Assembly: GCA_964619475.1 (NCBI GenBank)
Contig: CAZUEQ010000002.1
Span: 1 to 37,441 of the forward strand
Length of the DNA: 37,441 nt
Source: an uncultured Gammaproteobacteria bacterium
GTDB taxonomy: Bacteria; Patescibacteriota; Microgenomatia; UBA1406; GWC2-37-13
Direction of reading: 5' to 3'
In this document: positions 26,237 to 34,924 of the stretch, piece after piece
Position numbering within the stretch: position 1 is the first letter of the stretch
Layout: each line of letters opens with the position of its first letter
The notes under the pieces: generated by a model
Database searches by the model: none
Seen by the model: the letters and a program-made list of their open reading frames with translations, nothing else
Told to the model about the DNA's origin: nothing
Made by a program: the position numbers and the translations under genes

Positions 26237-27592
26237 ATGGTGTATAGCAAATTATTTGCCTCTCCACGCGTAAACAAAAACGTGCGCGTGTTAGGGATAG
26301 CGGCGGTTTTCTCCCTTGTGATAGGGATAGCTTTGTTTGTACATCATTTTATTTATGTGAACGGTCTCAATACCATTGGGAGCCTAAAAAGCATCCAGAT
26401 TGTCAATCTTGCGTCAGGCGGCGCAGGAGTGGTATGGGAGGTCAAAAACAATCCGACAGATACTCAATGGGTAGAATGGGGCGAGTCAATGAATATCATG
26501 GAGCACAAATCTCCTCCCGGAGCGGGGACGGGGAGTTTAAAATACATCTCTATTAACGGTCTGGAAGCAAACAAAACATATTATGTGCGCGTTCGCTCGT
26601 ATGCAGGGGCATACACATGGGAGGGAAAGCGCGCTCTACAACTAAAAACTCCAAAAGTATCGCAGGCATATCCTCAAACGCCGGCATACGGAAAGGTTCT
26701 TTATCCATCAGGGAAAGCGTATACGAATGGAATTGTTTTTTTTGAAGTTGAGGGATATGTTCCCCAAGTTGCCTTTACAAAAGAGACAGGAGAATGGCTT
26801 GTTTCGCTCAATGGATTTGTTGATAAAAAGACAAATACCATTACCTCTATCAAAGATAATACGAAGGTGACGATCCGTATTCCCTCATCTCCAGAAACCG
26901 TTATCATCACCACCGCAAAACAAATTGCTCCAATGTCAAAGGTGATGGTTATTGGGACATCATCGACTCTTTTTGCACAAGGAGTCCAGAATGAAAGCGT
27001 ATTGGGTGCAACGACCAAAACAACACAACAGGAGTCAAAACAACCCAGTATCTCTTATCCAAAAGAAGGAGCGCTCATTCCCGGCAATACGCCCCTTATC
27101 AAAGGGACAGCAGTTGAAAATAAAGAACTGAATGTTCTTATTCAGGGACCAAAAAAACAATATAGTTATAGGGTTGTAGCAGACAGCAATGGTGATTGGC
27201 TTGTGCAGTATCCTCTTGCACTGGAACCTGGACGCTACGTTGTCTCCGCAGCAACTCAGGATAGGTCCGGATTTAAGCTTACCTTAAGGCGCACGTTCAA
27301 TATTATAAAAAATGGAGAACAGGTGCTGGGAGAGGCTACAGGTTCGCCAACTTTGGCTCCAACGGCAGTTCCCACAACTCCCGTAATTCCCACTCCGACA
27401 ACTGGTTCGGTACAACCGACAATAGCACTAAGCCCCACGATAGTCGTCCCGACTGTCATTCCCACTGTGATAGTTCCTACTCAGTTTGTTCCTTCTCCTA
27501 CTCCTCCCCGCACAGGAGGAGAGATAAGCGGGTACATCTTTACCGCGGCAGTGTGCATTGTTTTGGGGGCAGGATTGGTGCTTGTTTTTTAG
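26237..27592 (+). CDS. Surface protein with N-terminal anchor, FN3-like domain, Ig-like domain, Pro/Thr linker and C-terminal hydrophobic tail
   Basis: 451 aa. The FN3-like region is about residues 50-138 (IQIVNL...VVWEV...WVEWG...YISINGLEANKTYYVRVRS). The Ig-like region is about residues 271-357 (ISYPKEGALIPGNTPLIKGTA...VVADSNGDWLVQYP..LEPGRYVVSAATQD). The protein ends PPRTGGEISGYIFTAAVCIVLGAGLVLVF. Confidence 0.7.
   Translation: MVYSKLFASPRVNKNVRVLGIAAVFSLVIGIALFVHHFIYVNGLNTIGSLKSIQIVNLASGGAGVVWEVKNNPTDTQWVEWGESMNIMEHKSPPGAGTGSLKYISINGLEANKTYYVRVRSYAGAYTWEGKRALQLKTPKVSQAYPQTPAYGKVLYPSGKAYTNGIVFFEVEGYVPQVAFTKETGEWLVSLNGFVDKKTNTITSIKDNTKVTIRIPSSPETVIITTAKQIAPMSKVMVIGTSSTLFAQGVQNESVLGATTKTTQQESKQPSISYPKEGALIPGNTPLIKGTAVENKELNVLIQGPKKQYSYRVVADSNGDWLVQYPLALEPGRYVVSAATQDRSGFKLTLRRTFNIIKNGEQVLGEATGSPTLAPTAVPTTPVIPTPTTGSVQPTIALSPTIVVPTVIPTVIVPTQFVPSPTPPRTGGEISGYIFTAAVCIVLGAGLVLVF
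27341..27511 (+). repeat. Low-complexity Pro/Thr/Val-rich linker coding region
   Basis: Encodes SPTLAPTAVPTTPVIPTPTTGSVQPTIALSPTIVVPTVIPTVIVPTQFVPSPTP. Short DNA words recur, for example attcccact occurs twice. Confidence 0.8.
27503..27589 (+). other. Possible variant C-terminal sorting signal (PPRTG plus hydrophobic tail, no basic end)
   Basis: The codons cct ccc cgc aca gga (27503-27517) are followed by a 22-aa hydrophobic stretch that runs to the stop codon. Confidence 0.3.
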
Positions 27593-27622
27593 TCCGATTT
27601 ATTGATATTATTAACAAAGAGT

Positions 27623-28303
27623 ATGGAGAGTATCTTATCCTTTTTTATTTCTGTGAACAAAGTAGCACTACTGGCTTTTGTTGTTGTGCTTGGTTTTTTA
27701 CTATATGAACTGTATCTTTATCGGAAAGAAAAACAAAAAGGAAAAAAACCTTCCGTTCCTCAATTTGTTCCCTCTGCTCAAACCGTGACAACAGCTGTTG
27801 GTGCCCCGGTCGTACAAGCTTCTGCGCCTGCAAAAAGTGCAACGCCACTAAAAAAAACATCCGGCGATCAGCCAAAAGTCCTTCTTGTAATAGGGGTGCT
27901 CACCATCCTTATCGTCGTCTCAGTTTTTCTTTATTTTTTTATAACGCGATTAGGCAAGAAGAAAACAACGATTACCACAGTTCCGGTCGTGAGGGAAGTG
28001 TCCTCAGCTGGTTTGAAGATATTTAATAAGGATTGGACCGAGATAAAAAACGGCGACAGAACATCCATTCAAATAAAACCAGGAGACACTGTTTATATCG
28101 GTATTCAGACAATCGAAGAAGCGGACATTGACCGCGCACGAATTAAGGTGAATAAAACCGAATGGGAGATAAAAGATATAACGACAACGCTCAATCCGAA
28201 GTTAAAAGTGTATTATAAAGAATATCTAGTCGCAACAGGGACAGCTCAGTTAAAAATTGATGCACAACTGCACTCAACCAGTGATGGCTGGCTAGGGGAT
28301 TAA
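27623..28303 (+). CDS. Hypothetical two-TM membrane protein with a C-terminal beta-rich domain
   Basis: I chose the ATG at 27623 because the track start at 27602 is TTG. TM1 is VALLAFVVVLGFLLYELYLY and TM2 is VLLVIGVLTILIVVSVFLYFFI. The C-terminal domain is about 120 aa. No family recognised. Confidence 0.55.
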   Translation: MESILSFFISVNKVALLAFVVVLGFLLYELYLYRKEKQKGKKPSVPQFVPSAQTVTTAVGAPVVQASAPAKSATPLKKTSGDQPKVLLVIGVLTILIVVSVFLYFFITRLGKKKTTITTVPVVREVSSAGLKIFNKDWTEIKNGDRTSIQIKPGDTVYIGIQTIEEADIDRARIKVNKTEWEIKDITTTLNPKLKVYYKEYLVATGTAQLKIDAQLHSTSDGWLGD

Positions 28304-28306
28304 GAT

Positions 28307-28936
28307 ATGAAAAAAAAATCACCGGTAATCACAGTCATTCTTCTTGTCATGAGCGGCGTCATTTTGGCCTCCATTTTTTATGTGAGCAGTCTTTTAAATG
28401 GAAAAGGAAGCGCGTCCGTAACACAAATTCAAAAAACAAAGGCGAGTGCACAAACGTATCATAAATTACTTGCATTAAACGACATCCCTATCACTCCCGT
28501 TGATAATGAAACAGGCTCAACCCCAACACCTATAAACGAGCCTGCTGTAAGCCCTACAACCGCTCCTACAATTGCCCCCACAGTTGTTGCAGCGACACCG
28601 CTTCCCACAGTATCAAAATCACCCACCCCTACAACAGTATCAGAGCCAACGTTGCCCGCTGTTTCTCCCACCGTTGCCCCAACTATTCCTTCCGTCACAC
28701 TTATTCCTCCAACAGCTGTTCCAACAAAACAATCACTGCTGCTTGCATATCATAACCCCAGTCCGACGGTGGTTGCAGTAACAGATGCAAACGGAACGGG
28801 AAGTATTACCGTAACGAAGAAACCTACGACAATCCCGACCAAAACACAAGCTCTTCCTGAAACAGGGTGGGTGCAAACACCACTTATCCTTTTTATTGTT
28901 GCATCAAGTACGATTCTTCTCTCGTTACTTTTTTAA
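28307..28936 (+). CDS. LPXTG-motif cell-surface protein with a Pro/Thr-rich stalk
   Basis: 209 aa with an N-terminal signal or anchor (VITVILLVMSGVILASIF), a Pro/Thr-rich region at residues 70-140, and a C-terminal LPETG followed by WVQTPLILFIVASSTILLSLLF. Confidence 0.75.
   Translation: MKKKSPVITVILLVMSGVILASIFYVSSLLNGKGSASVTQIQKTKASAQTYHKLLALNDIPITPVDNETGSTPTPINEPAVSPTTAPTIAPTVVAATPLPTVSKSPTPTTVSEPTLPAVSPTVAPTIPSVTLIPPTAVPTKQSLLLAYHNPSPTVVAVTDANGTGSITVTKKPTTIPTKTQALPETGWVQTPLILFIVASSTILLSLLF
28514..28726 (+). repeat. Low-complexity Pro/Thr-rich stalk coding region
   Basis: Encodes GSTPTPINEPAVSPTTAPTIAPTVVAATPLPTVSKSPTPTTVSEPTLPAVSPTVAPTIPSVTLIPPTAVPT. Confidence 0.8.
28853..28933 (+). 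other. LPXTG-type sorting signal (LPETG plus hydrophobic tail)
   Basis: The codons ctt cct gaa aca ggg at 28853-28867 are followed by 22 mostly hydrophobic residues up to the stop. No Arg/Lys tail is present. Confidence 0.7.
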
Positions 28937-28953
28937 GCTAAATAGTTAAAAGG

Positions 28954-29601
28954 TTATTTGCTTTTCCCTACGGCAAGGAATTGGTGTGCATCAAGCGATG
29001 CTTTTCCGATAAGAAATCCGTCTATTTCTCCCGTTGCAAGGTAGCTTGCACTATTTTTTTCATTGACGGATCCTCCATAAATAAAAACGCAATGCGGGGG
29101 GAGTTTCATTTTTTTCTTCATGACAAGAACCTGTTCTGGAGGTTCGTTTTGTCCCGTTCCAATTGCCGCGACGGGTTCATATGCTACGAAGGTAACCCCT
29201 TCCGGAATAGGGTCTTTTTCATCACGAATACAGTATATGGGTTCGATATTGTACTTCTTGGCAAAGAGAACTTTTTTTGCCAGATCTTCATCAGATTCGT
29301 GATAGTATTTTCGTCTTTCGCTATGCCCAATGATGGCAAAATGAGCAACACCTTGCAGCGATTTTGCCGTCGTTTCGCCGGTATGGCTTCCTTCTTCAAC
29401 TGAAGCAAGAGTTTGAGCACCAATAAACACGTTTTTTAATTCCTTAAGTGACTGTTGTAACAATCCAAGAAATGGGAAAGGAGAACACACGATAAATGTT
29501 GTATCTTCTTGTGGAGTGTATTCTTTTAAAAATACGTCACTCCAATGAATAACATCGGCACTGTTTTTGTTTGCTTTCCAGTTCCCAATGATGTATTTCA
29601 T
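28954..29601 (-). CDS. tpiA: Triosephosphate isomerase, short form
   Basis: I chose the ATG at 29601 (MKYIIGNWKANKN). Motifs: SHTGE, IIGHSERR, AYEPVAAIGTG, IYGGSV, DGFLIGKASL. The protein is 215 aa. Confidence 0.9.
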   Translation of the reverse strand: MKYIIGNWKANKNSADVIHWSDVFLKEYTPQEDTTFIVCSPFPFLGLLQQSLKELKNVFIGAQTLASVEEGSHTGETTAKSLQGVAHFAIIGHSERRKYYHESDEDLAKKVLFAKKYNIEPIYCIRDEKDPIPEGVTFVAYEPVAAIGTGQNEPPEQVLVMKKKMKLPPHCVFIYGGSVNEKNSASYLATGEIDGFLIGKASLDAHQFLAVGKSK

Positions 29602-29627
29602 AGTATCATTATATACCAAACAGTAGT

Positions 29628-31397
29628 ATGCACGATATTAACTTTGACACGTTGAATCCTCACCAGATGAAGGCGGTTTCCTATACCTCCGGACCCTCCG
29701 TCATTTTGGCGGGAGCAGGGAGCGGAAAAACAAGAGTCCTTGTATATAAGGTGTTGTACTTGATTACCCAAAAAAAGATAGATCCGAAAAGCATCATCAT
29801 GATAACGTTCACCAATAAGGCAGCAGCTGAGATGAAGCGGCGTGTTGATTTGGCAAATAAGGGGAGTTTGGGATTTATCGGCACATTCCATTCATTTTGT
29901 GCATTTATATTAAGAAAATATGCGGGAAGGCTTGGATATGGACCCGACTTTGTCATCTTTGATGATGATGATCAGGAGACACTTCTGAAACAGATTCTTA
30001 AAAAAATTGACTCAGACAGAATGACCCTTTCCTACGCGGCCCACCTTATTTCTGCTGCCAAAAACCAACTTATTCCTCCTGAACGGTTTACTCATTTTTT
30101 TCCTGATGGCAAAGCGGTCATTGTTGCAGAAATTTATGCAGAATATCAAAAGAAATTGAAGAAAAATAACGCGTTTGACTTTGACGACTTAATAATGAAG
30201 GTTGTTGAACTTCTTCGACGGGATGAGGAGCTGTGTAATCATTTGCAAGACCTTTATTCCCATATATTAATCGATGAGTTTCAGGATACAAATTATGCTC
30301 AGTACACGTTAGTACGACTCCTTGCAGAACGGAAAAAAAACGTAACGGTTGTTGGTGATTTTTCGCAGGGAATTTATTCTTGGCGGGGAGCAGACATTCG
30401 TAACCTGGAAAAATTTCAGGAAGATTTTCCAGAAAGTGAAGTGTTTTATTTGGAGGAAAATTACCGTTCAACACCTGACATTTTGGATTTTGCAAATAAT
30501 ATCATCTCCAAAAACAGTGGACATCCGATACTGAAATTGTTTACCAAACAAGATAGGGGTCAAGAGATTGCAATAAAAGAACTACAAAACGAAGAAGAGG
30601 AATCATTATTTGTCGTTTCTGAAATTGAACGTCTCCAACCCGAATATAAATACAAGGACATTGCGGTGTTGTACCGAATTAATGCACAGTCCCGTTCGCT
30701 TGAAGAATCCTTGTTGCAATATGGGATTCCCTACATGCTTGTCGGAGGAACGCGATTTTACGAAAGAAAAGAAATAAAAGATATTTTGTCATATCTTCGT
30801 CTTGTTGTTAATCCGGAAAATGAAGTCGCCAAAGAACGAATACAGAAACTTGGAAAAAGAAGATGGACGGAATTTGCGTCTTCATTTGCTCAGTTGCGGG
30901 CAGAGGCAGAAAAAAAGGATTCGGCCGACATAATGGAAGACATCTTTGAATCAACGCAGTATCTCTCTCTTTATGACACAAATGATCCAGATGATTATTC
31001 CCGACTTGAAAATATTAAGGAGTTAAAAAGCGTTGCCCTATCATATCCGAAACTGAACGAGTTTCTTGAACAGGTTGCGCTCGTTGAGTCGGAGTATTCG
31101 GAGGGGGAGAAACAACAAAAAGGAAAAGAAGGGGTCCGCCTTATGACGCTCCACCAGGCAAAGGGACTTGAGTTTTCCGCAGTGTTTCTTATAGGAGTTG
31201 AAGAGGGAATTCTTCCTCATTCTCGGTCCATAAATGACTATCACCAGTTAGAGGAAGAAAGACGACTGATGTATGTAGGAGTAACAAGGGCAAAAGAACG
31301 TTTGTACATCTCCCATGCCAGACGGCGATTCATGTTCGGGCGACGCATGGAGTCGAGCCCCTCGCGCTTTATTGCCAACGAGAGTGAAGAATGGTAA
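29628..31397 (+). CDS. uvrD: UvrD/PcrA/Rep-family superfamily 1 DNA helicase, short form
   Basis: 589 aa: LNPHQMKAV, Walker A AGAGSGKTRVL, ITFTNKAAAEM, IDEFQDTN, VVGDFSQGIYSWRGA, YRS, LTLHQAKGLEF, YVGVTRAKERL. Confidence 0.9.
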   Translation: MHDINFDTLNPHQMKAVSYTSGPSVILAGAGSGKTRVLVYKVLYLITQKKIDPKSIIMITFTNKAAAEMKRRVDLANKGSLGFIGTFHSFCAFILRKYAGRLGYGPDFVIFDDDDQETLLKQILKKIDSDRMTLSYAAHLISAAKNQLIPPERFTHFFPDGKAVIVAEIYAEYQKKLKKNNAFDFDDLIMKVVELLRRDEELCNHLQDLYSHILIDEFQDTNYAQYTLVRLLAERKKNVTVVGDFSQGIYSWRGADIRNLEKFQEDFPESEVFYLEENYRSTPDILDFANNIISKNSGHPILKLFTKQDRGQEIAIKELQNEEEESLFVVSEIERLQPEYKYKDIAVLYRINAQSRSLEESLLQYGIPYMLVGGTRFYERKEIKDILSYLRLVVNPENEVAKERIQKLGKRRWTEFASSFAQLRAEAEKKDSADIMEDIFESTQYLSLYDTNDPDDYSRLENIKELKSVALSYPKLNEFLEQVALVESEYSEGEKQQKGKEGVRLMTLHQAKGLEFSAVFLIGVEEGILPHSRSINDYHQLEEERRLMYVGVTRAKERLYISHARRRFMFGRRMESSPSRFIANESEEW

Positions 31398-31407
31398 ACT
31401 ATTACAT

Positions 31408-31977
31408 ATGAAAACAGAATCCATTATGACCCGCGTTGTAAGACGAATTTCTACCGTATGGCTCGAGTTTGTCGTGTTTATTCTCCACGTGGGAGGGAAC
31501 GTCCCGTGCCATCATTTCCGTCGTTTTTTGTATCGGTTAGCAGGAATGAAAATTGGGAAGGGGACCTCTCTTCATATGGGTATCCGTCTGTATAATCCCC
31601 GCAATATTTCAATAGGAGACGATACTGTTATTGGTGAGGAATCGGTGCTTGACGGACGTGCCACTCTCCGTATCGGGAATCATGTCGCATTTGCAACAGG
31701 AGTTAAACTATACAATTCCCAGCACGATATCCATAGTCCTACGTTTCAGGCGGTATCGGCGCCTATTATTATCGACGATTATGTCTTTATCGGACCTTCC
31801 GCAATAATCCTTCCTGGAGTACATATTGGAAAAGGTGCGGTTGTGGGAGCTCAAGCGGTTGTGACGAAGGATGTGGCAGCTCATTCGATAGTTGCAGGGG
31901 TCCCCGCCAAAGAGATTGGGAAACGAGAACTTTCTGAATATTCCTACAAAATTGGTCGTGCGGCATGGTTTAGGTGA
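31408..31977 (+). CDS. Hexapeptide-repeat (left-handed beta-helix) acyl/acetyltransferase, WcaF/WbbJ/Maa-like
   Basis: I chose the ATG at 31408, after the uvrD stop. Hexapeptide repeats are visible (IGDDTVIGEESVLDG..LRIGNHVAF...IIIDDYVFIGPSAIILPGVHIGKGAVVGAQAVV), followed by AGVPAK. Confidence 0.8.
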   Translation: MKTESIMTRVVRRISTVWLEFVVFILHVGGNVPCHHFRRFLYRLAGMKIGKGTSLHMGIRLYNPRNISIGDDTVIGEESVLDGRATLRIGNHVAFATGVKLYNSQHDIHSPTFQAVSAPIIIDDYVFIGPSAIILPGVHIGKGAVVGAQAVVTKDVAAHSIVAGVPAKEIGKRELSEYSYKIGRAAWFR

Positions 31978-31980
31978 GTT

Positions 31981-33396
31981 TTAGTCTGCCGTACCCACAA
32001 GATAGACTGCTTGCCATGGACGGAATGATATATTGAAGTCCTTCTGGAACATCTCCTGACTATCTTTCGTTACTTTGTAAGTATAAAACACCTTTGCGCC
32101 CCAAGCAGCAAAATCTACCTGTTTTGTAACGCCTTTTTTAAGGGTAGGATCATCTTGATAAAGGGGATCAGGAGGAGCGGAAATACCGGAGACAATGGGG
32201 GTTGATAATTGGACAACCCTATTATCTTTTTTTCCGTACAGTTTGAAAGCAAGTTTGTCGTGCTCTTCATCTGCCACAGTTTGAATAAGGATGCTTGCGG
32301 GCGTGTTGTTTGTAAACTTTAGATCAACCGTAGGACCGAATACTGTCGCATCAAGACCCGGTTTTGAGTCGTTTTCATAGTAGCCAACACGGTATGCATG
32401 CGGATGATATTCAACGATGGGCAGACCCGCATTCAGAATGGCCCGAAAAAGAGTCGTAGAGACCTGACAGACCCCTCCTCCATCTCCGAGCACCGTTTTC
32501 CCATCTTTGATAATATATGCAGGTTGATAGCCGGTTGAAGAGGAAATATCTCCCACCGTGTCGTTAAACGAGAACGTTGCTCCTTTCGGAATAAGTACCC
32601 CGTTAAATTTTGACGTTGCAAGTAGCAGATTGTGAATTCGCTGTGGTATGGAATGTGTGTAATCGGAATCTCCTTCCGCGATAAGCTCTTCAATTCCGAA
32701 GGTGTTTGTTTGGGCAAGCGTAATATCCGGTTTTACGACAGTTTGTGCTATAGAAATCACAAGTGGGGTCTTATTCTCTTGTGTATTGTTTATTTCGCCC
32801 TTCAACGCCTTGTCGATATCCAGTAGTGTTTTTGTCGTCTCGATATGAAGTCCGTTTTCTTCCTTTTCAAAAACGGTTACTTTGCCTGCCTCGAATTGAA
32901 AACGTGCATCCTTCGGTTTTTTTTCATAATCATCCTGCACCTGGGAGACTGCATCAATAATCGGCTGTTTTAGATACGATATTTCAAGAGGAAATTCAAA
33001 CTTCTGCCACGAAAAAACACTTTGAAGCGTCTGAAGAATACGTGAGGGAATATAAGGAGAGCGGCCTACTATATATGCTTTTTCAAATGCCTCATCTGTA
33101 TTCAGATGAAGGTGTAATGTTTGGGCAGAGAGGGTGGCAATTGGAGTTGAGTTAAAGGTTATCTGTACGACAACATTTTGTAGCTTGTTTTCTATAGGGG
33201 AGAACTGTAGAGCTATCTCAGATTTGTTACGATTTGCAACCGATTCGGCATTAATATAGACGTTGGGAAAAAGCCGGGACGCATACTTATTTTGTATAAA
33301 AGAAAAGGCTCCAAAAACAATGGCGCATAGAGCCATAATGCCTGCGACAACAAAAACAATTGTAGTAATGAGACGGTGTTGTTTTTTTGGTATCAT
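31981..33396 (-). CDS. VanW/YoaR-family protein with an N-terminal TM and a G5-like C-terminal domain
   Basis: I chose the ATG at 33396 (MIPKKQHRLITTIVFVVAGIMALCAIVFG). The VanW-like core is GVLIPKGATFSFNDTVGDISSSTGYQPAYII..G....GDGGGVCQVSTTLFRAILNAGLPIVEYHPHAYRVGYY. The C-terminus, DDPTLKKGVTKQVDFAAWGAKV...AVYLVGT, resembles a G5 domain. Confidence 0.8.
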   Translation of the reverse strand: MIPKKQHRLITTIVFVVAGIMALCAIVFGAFSFIQNKYASRLFPNVYINAESVANRNKSEIALQFSPIENKLQNVVVQITFNSTPIATLSAQTLHLHLNTDEAFEKAYIVGRSPYIPSRILQTLQSVFSWQKFEFPLEISYLKQPIIDAVSQVQDDYEKKPKDARFQFEAGKVTVFEKEENGLHIETTKTLLDIDKALKGEINNTQENKTPLVISIAQTVVKPDITLAQTNTFGIEELIAEGDSDYTHSIPQRIHNLLLATSKFNGVLIPKGATFSFNDTVGDISSSTGYQPAYIIKDGKTVLGDGGGVCQVSTTLFRAILNAGLPIVEYHPHAYRVGYYENDSKPGLDATVFGPTVDLKFTNNTPASILIQTVADEEHDKLAFKLYGKKDNRVVQLSTPIVSGISAPPDPLYQDDPTLKKGVTKQVDFAAWGAKVFYTYKVTKDSQEMFQKDFNISFRPWQAVYLVGTAD

Positions 33397-33402
33397 GAAT
33401 AT

Positions 33403-34920
33403 ATGGATGATAAAAAAAATACCGATGGAATGCAACAGGCAAATGAGGTTCCACAGCCAATATATGAAACTGTGTCGGTAGATCCAAACGTTGTAGAGCA
33501 AAATTCACTACAACCGGAAGAGGTATCTCAAAATGTTGTAGAGACGGATCAAGGGAATAACGGTCAATTACAACCGGAAGTTGTTCCTATTGCGGATGAG
33601 CCTCCTGCCATCTATCAAGAAAAAAGCAAACTACCTTTCATAGTCATCGGTGCGGTTGTTTTTGTTGTTCTTTTGCTTATCGCTGTTATGGTCTTTGCCA
33701 AGAAAAGCGCAACACCCCCCGCTCCTCAGACAATATCACTTGTGTATTGGGGATTGTGGGAGGATAAAGAGGTTATGGACGCACTGATTAAAGAGTATCA
33801 GAAAAGTAATCCTCAGGTAAAAATACAATACGAAAAGAAAGATCCAACAGACTATCTTCAGAAACTTCTCGTGTGGACACAAAAAGGTCAAGGACCGGAT
33901 ATTTTTCGATTTCACAATACATGGCTTCCTGAAGTGAACGAAATCACTGCCGCCCTTCCTGATTCCGTTATGACCGCTCAACAATTTGAAAAGACATTTT
34001 ATCCCGTTCAACAAAAAGATTTAAAAATAGGAACGAAGTATTACGGATTACCGACATATATCGACGGATTAGTCCTGTTGTGCAACCAAGATCTTCTCAA
34101 AAAAGCAGGGGTCGCAACAATTCCGAGCAATTGGGATGATCTTATTGCAGCTGCCAATAAGGTACTGGTGAAAGAAAAGGATGGGCTTATCATAACAGCA
34201 GGATTGGCAGGCGGTACAGCTACTAACGTAGCGCATTTTTCTGATATTTTTGGACTCATGCTTATGCTCAACGGAGGAAGTTTATCAAAGCTAGATGAAG
34301 CAGAGGCCGCAGGAGCATTGGAGGCATATAGAAGATTTGCGGAAGAGCCTAATAATGTGTGGAGCGAAGATATGCCAAACTCAATTACTGCTTTTGCGCA
34401 AGGGAAAGTGGCAATGATTTTCGCGCCTACCTGGGAAATCCAGACGATCAAAGCAACGGCACCGGATTTAAAGATTGCAGTCGGTGAGATACCGAGCCCT
34501 CCCGGGGGGAAGCAGGTATCACTTGCCTCATACTGGGTTGAGGGTGTTTCAAGCAAGAGTACTCATCAATTGGAAGCCTGGAAATTTTTGGCTTACTTAA
34601 CCTCAAAAGAAGGGGAAACCAAACTGTTTGAAGTACAAAGCTCTTTGCGCCTTTTTGGAACCGCATATTCACGGACTGACCTTGCAGATTTGCTCGTTCA
34701 ACATGAGTATTTGGGTCCCATCGTAAAACAGGCAATTGAAGACAAGTTTGTCTCACTGCCCCTTGAAAGCAACACCTTTGATGATGCACTTGATGATGGA
34801 ATAATCCAGTACATGCAAAATGCAATCAATGCAACATCGCGTGGAGTGTCGTATACTGAAGCATTGGGAACAGCAAAAAAAGGTGTCGACCAGATATTTT
34901 CTCGGTATAAAATAAATTAG
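33403..34920 (+). CDS. Extracellular solute-binding protein (ABC family 1, sugar type), TM-anchored, with a long acidic N-terminal extension
   Basis: I chose the ATG at 33403. Residues 1-77 are acidic and Gln/Pro-rich. The TM is at about residues 78-98 (FIVIGAVVFVVLLLIAVMVFA). Then comes a typical SBP_bac_1-like body (LVYWGLWEDKEVMDALIKEYQKSNPQVKIQYEK...DIFRFHNTWLPE...YGLPTYIDGLVLLCNQDLLKKAG...IFAPTWE). Confidence 0.78.
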   Translation: MDDKKNTDGMQQANEVPQPIYETVSVDPNVVEQNSLQPEEVSQNVVETDQGNNGQLQPEVVPIADEPPAIYQEKSKLPFIVIGAVVFVVLLLIAVMVFAKKSATPPAPQTISLVYWGLWEDKEVMDALIKEYQKSNPQVKIQYEKKDPTDYLQKLLVWTQKGQGPDIFRFHNTWLPEVNEITAALPDSVMTAQQFEKTFYPVQQKDLKIGTKYYGLPTYIDGLVLLCNQDLLKKAGVATIPSNWDDLIAAANKVLVKEKDGLIITAGLAGGTATNVAHFSDIFGLMLMLNGGSLSKLDEAEAAGALEAYRRFAEEPNNVWSEDMPNSITAFAQGKVAMIFAPTWEIQTIKATAPDLKIAVGEIPSPPGGKQVSLASYWVEGVSSKSTHQLEAWKFLAYLTSKEGETKLFEVQSSLRLFGTAYSRTDLADLLVQHEYLGPIVKQAIEDKFVSLPLESNTFDDALDDGIIQYMQNAINATSRGVSYTEALGTAKKGVDQIFSRYKIN

Positions 34921-34924
34921 CACT

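Noticed and set aside
27341-27511. Repetitive-looking DNA here and at 28514-28726, considered as a possible tandem repeat or CRISPR-like array
   Set aside because: There are no regular repeat-spacer units. The short recurring words are explained by Pro/Thr/Val codon reuse within in-frame linker regions of two surface proteins.
28572-28781. 69-aa plus-strand ORF rich in Pro/Gln/Leu, and the antisense ORF at 28459-28698
   Set aside because: These are alternative frames of the Pro/Thr-rich stalk region. The main frame has a signal anchor and an LPETG signal, which makes it the real gene.
34041-34556. 171-aa minus-strand ORF inside the solute-binding protein gene. The same class includes 21183-21698, 35033-35488, 13869-14318, 3557-3961 and 17926-18342.
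   Set aside because: All are antisense to confidently identified genes, have low-complexity or odd composition, and lack starts with any upstream signal. I treat them as shadow ORFs.
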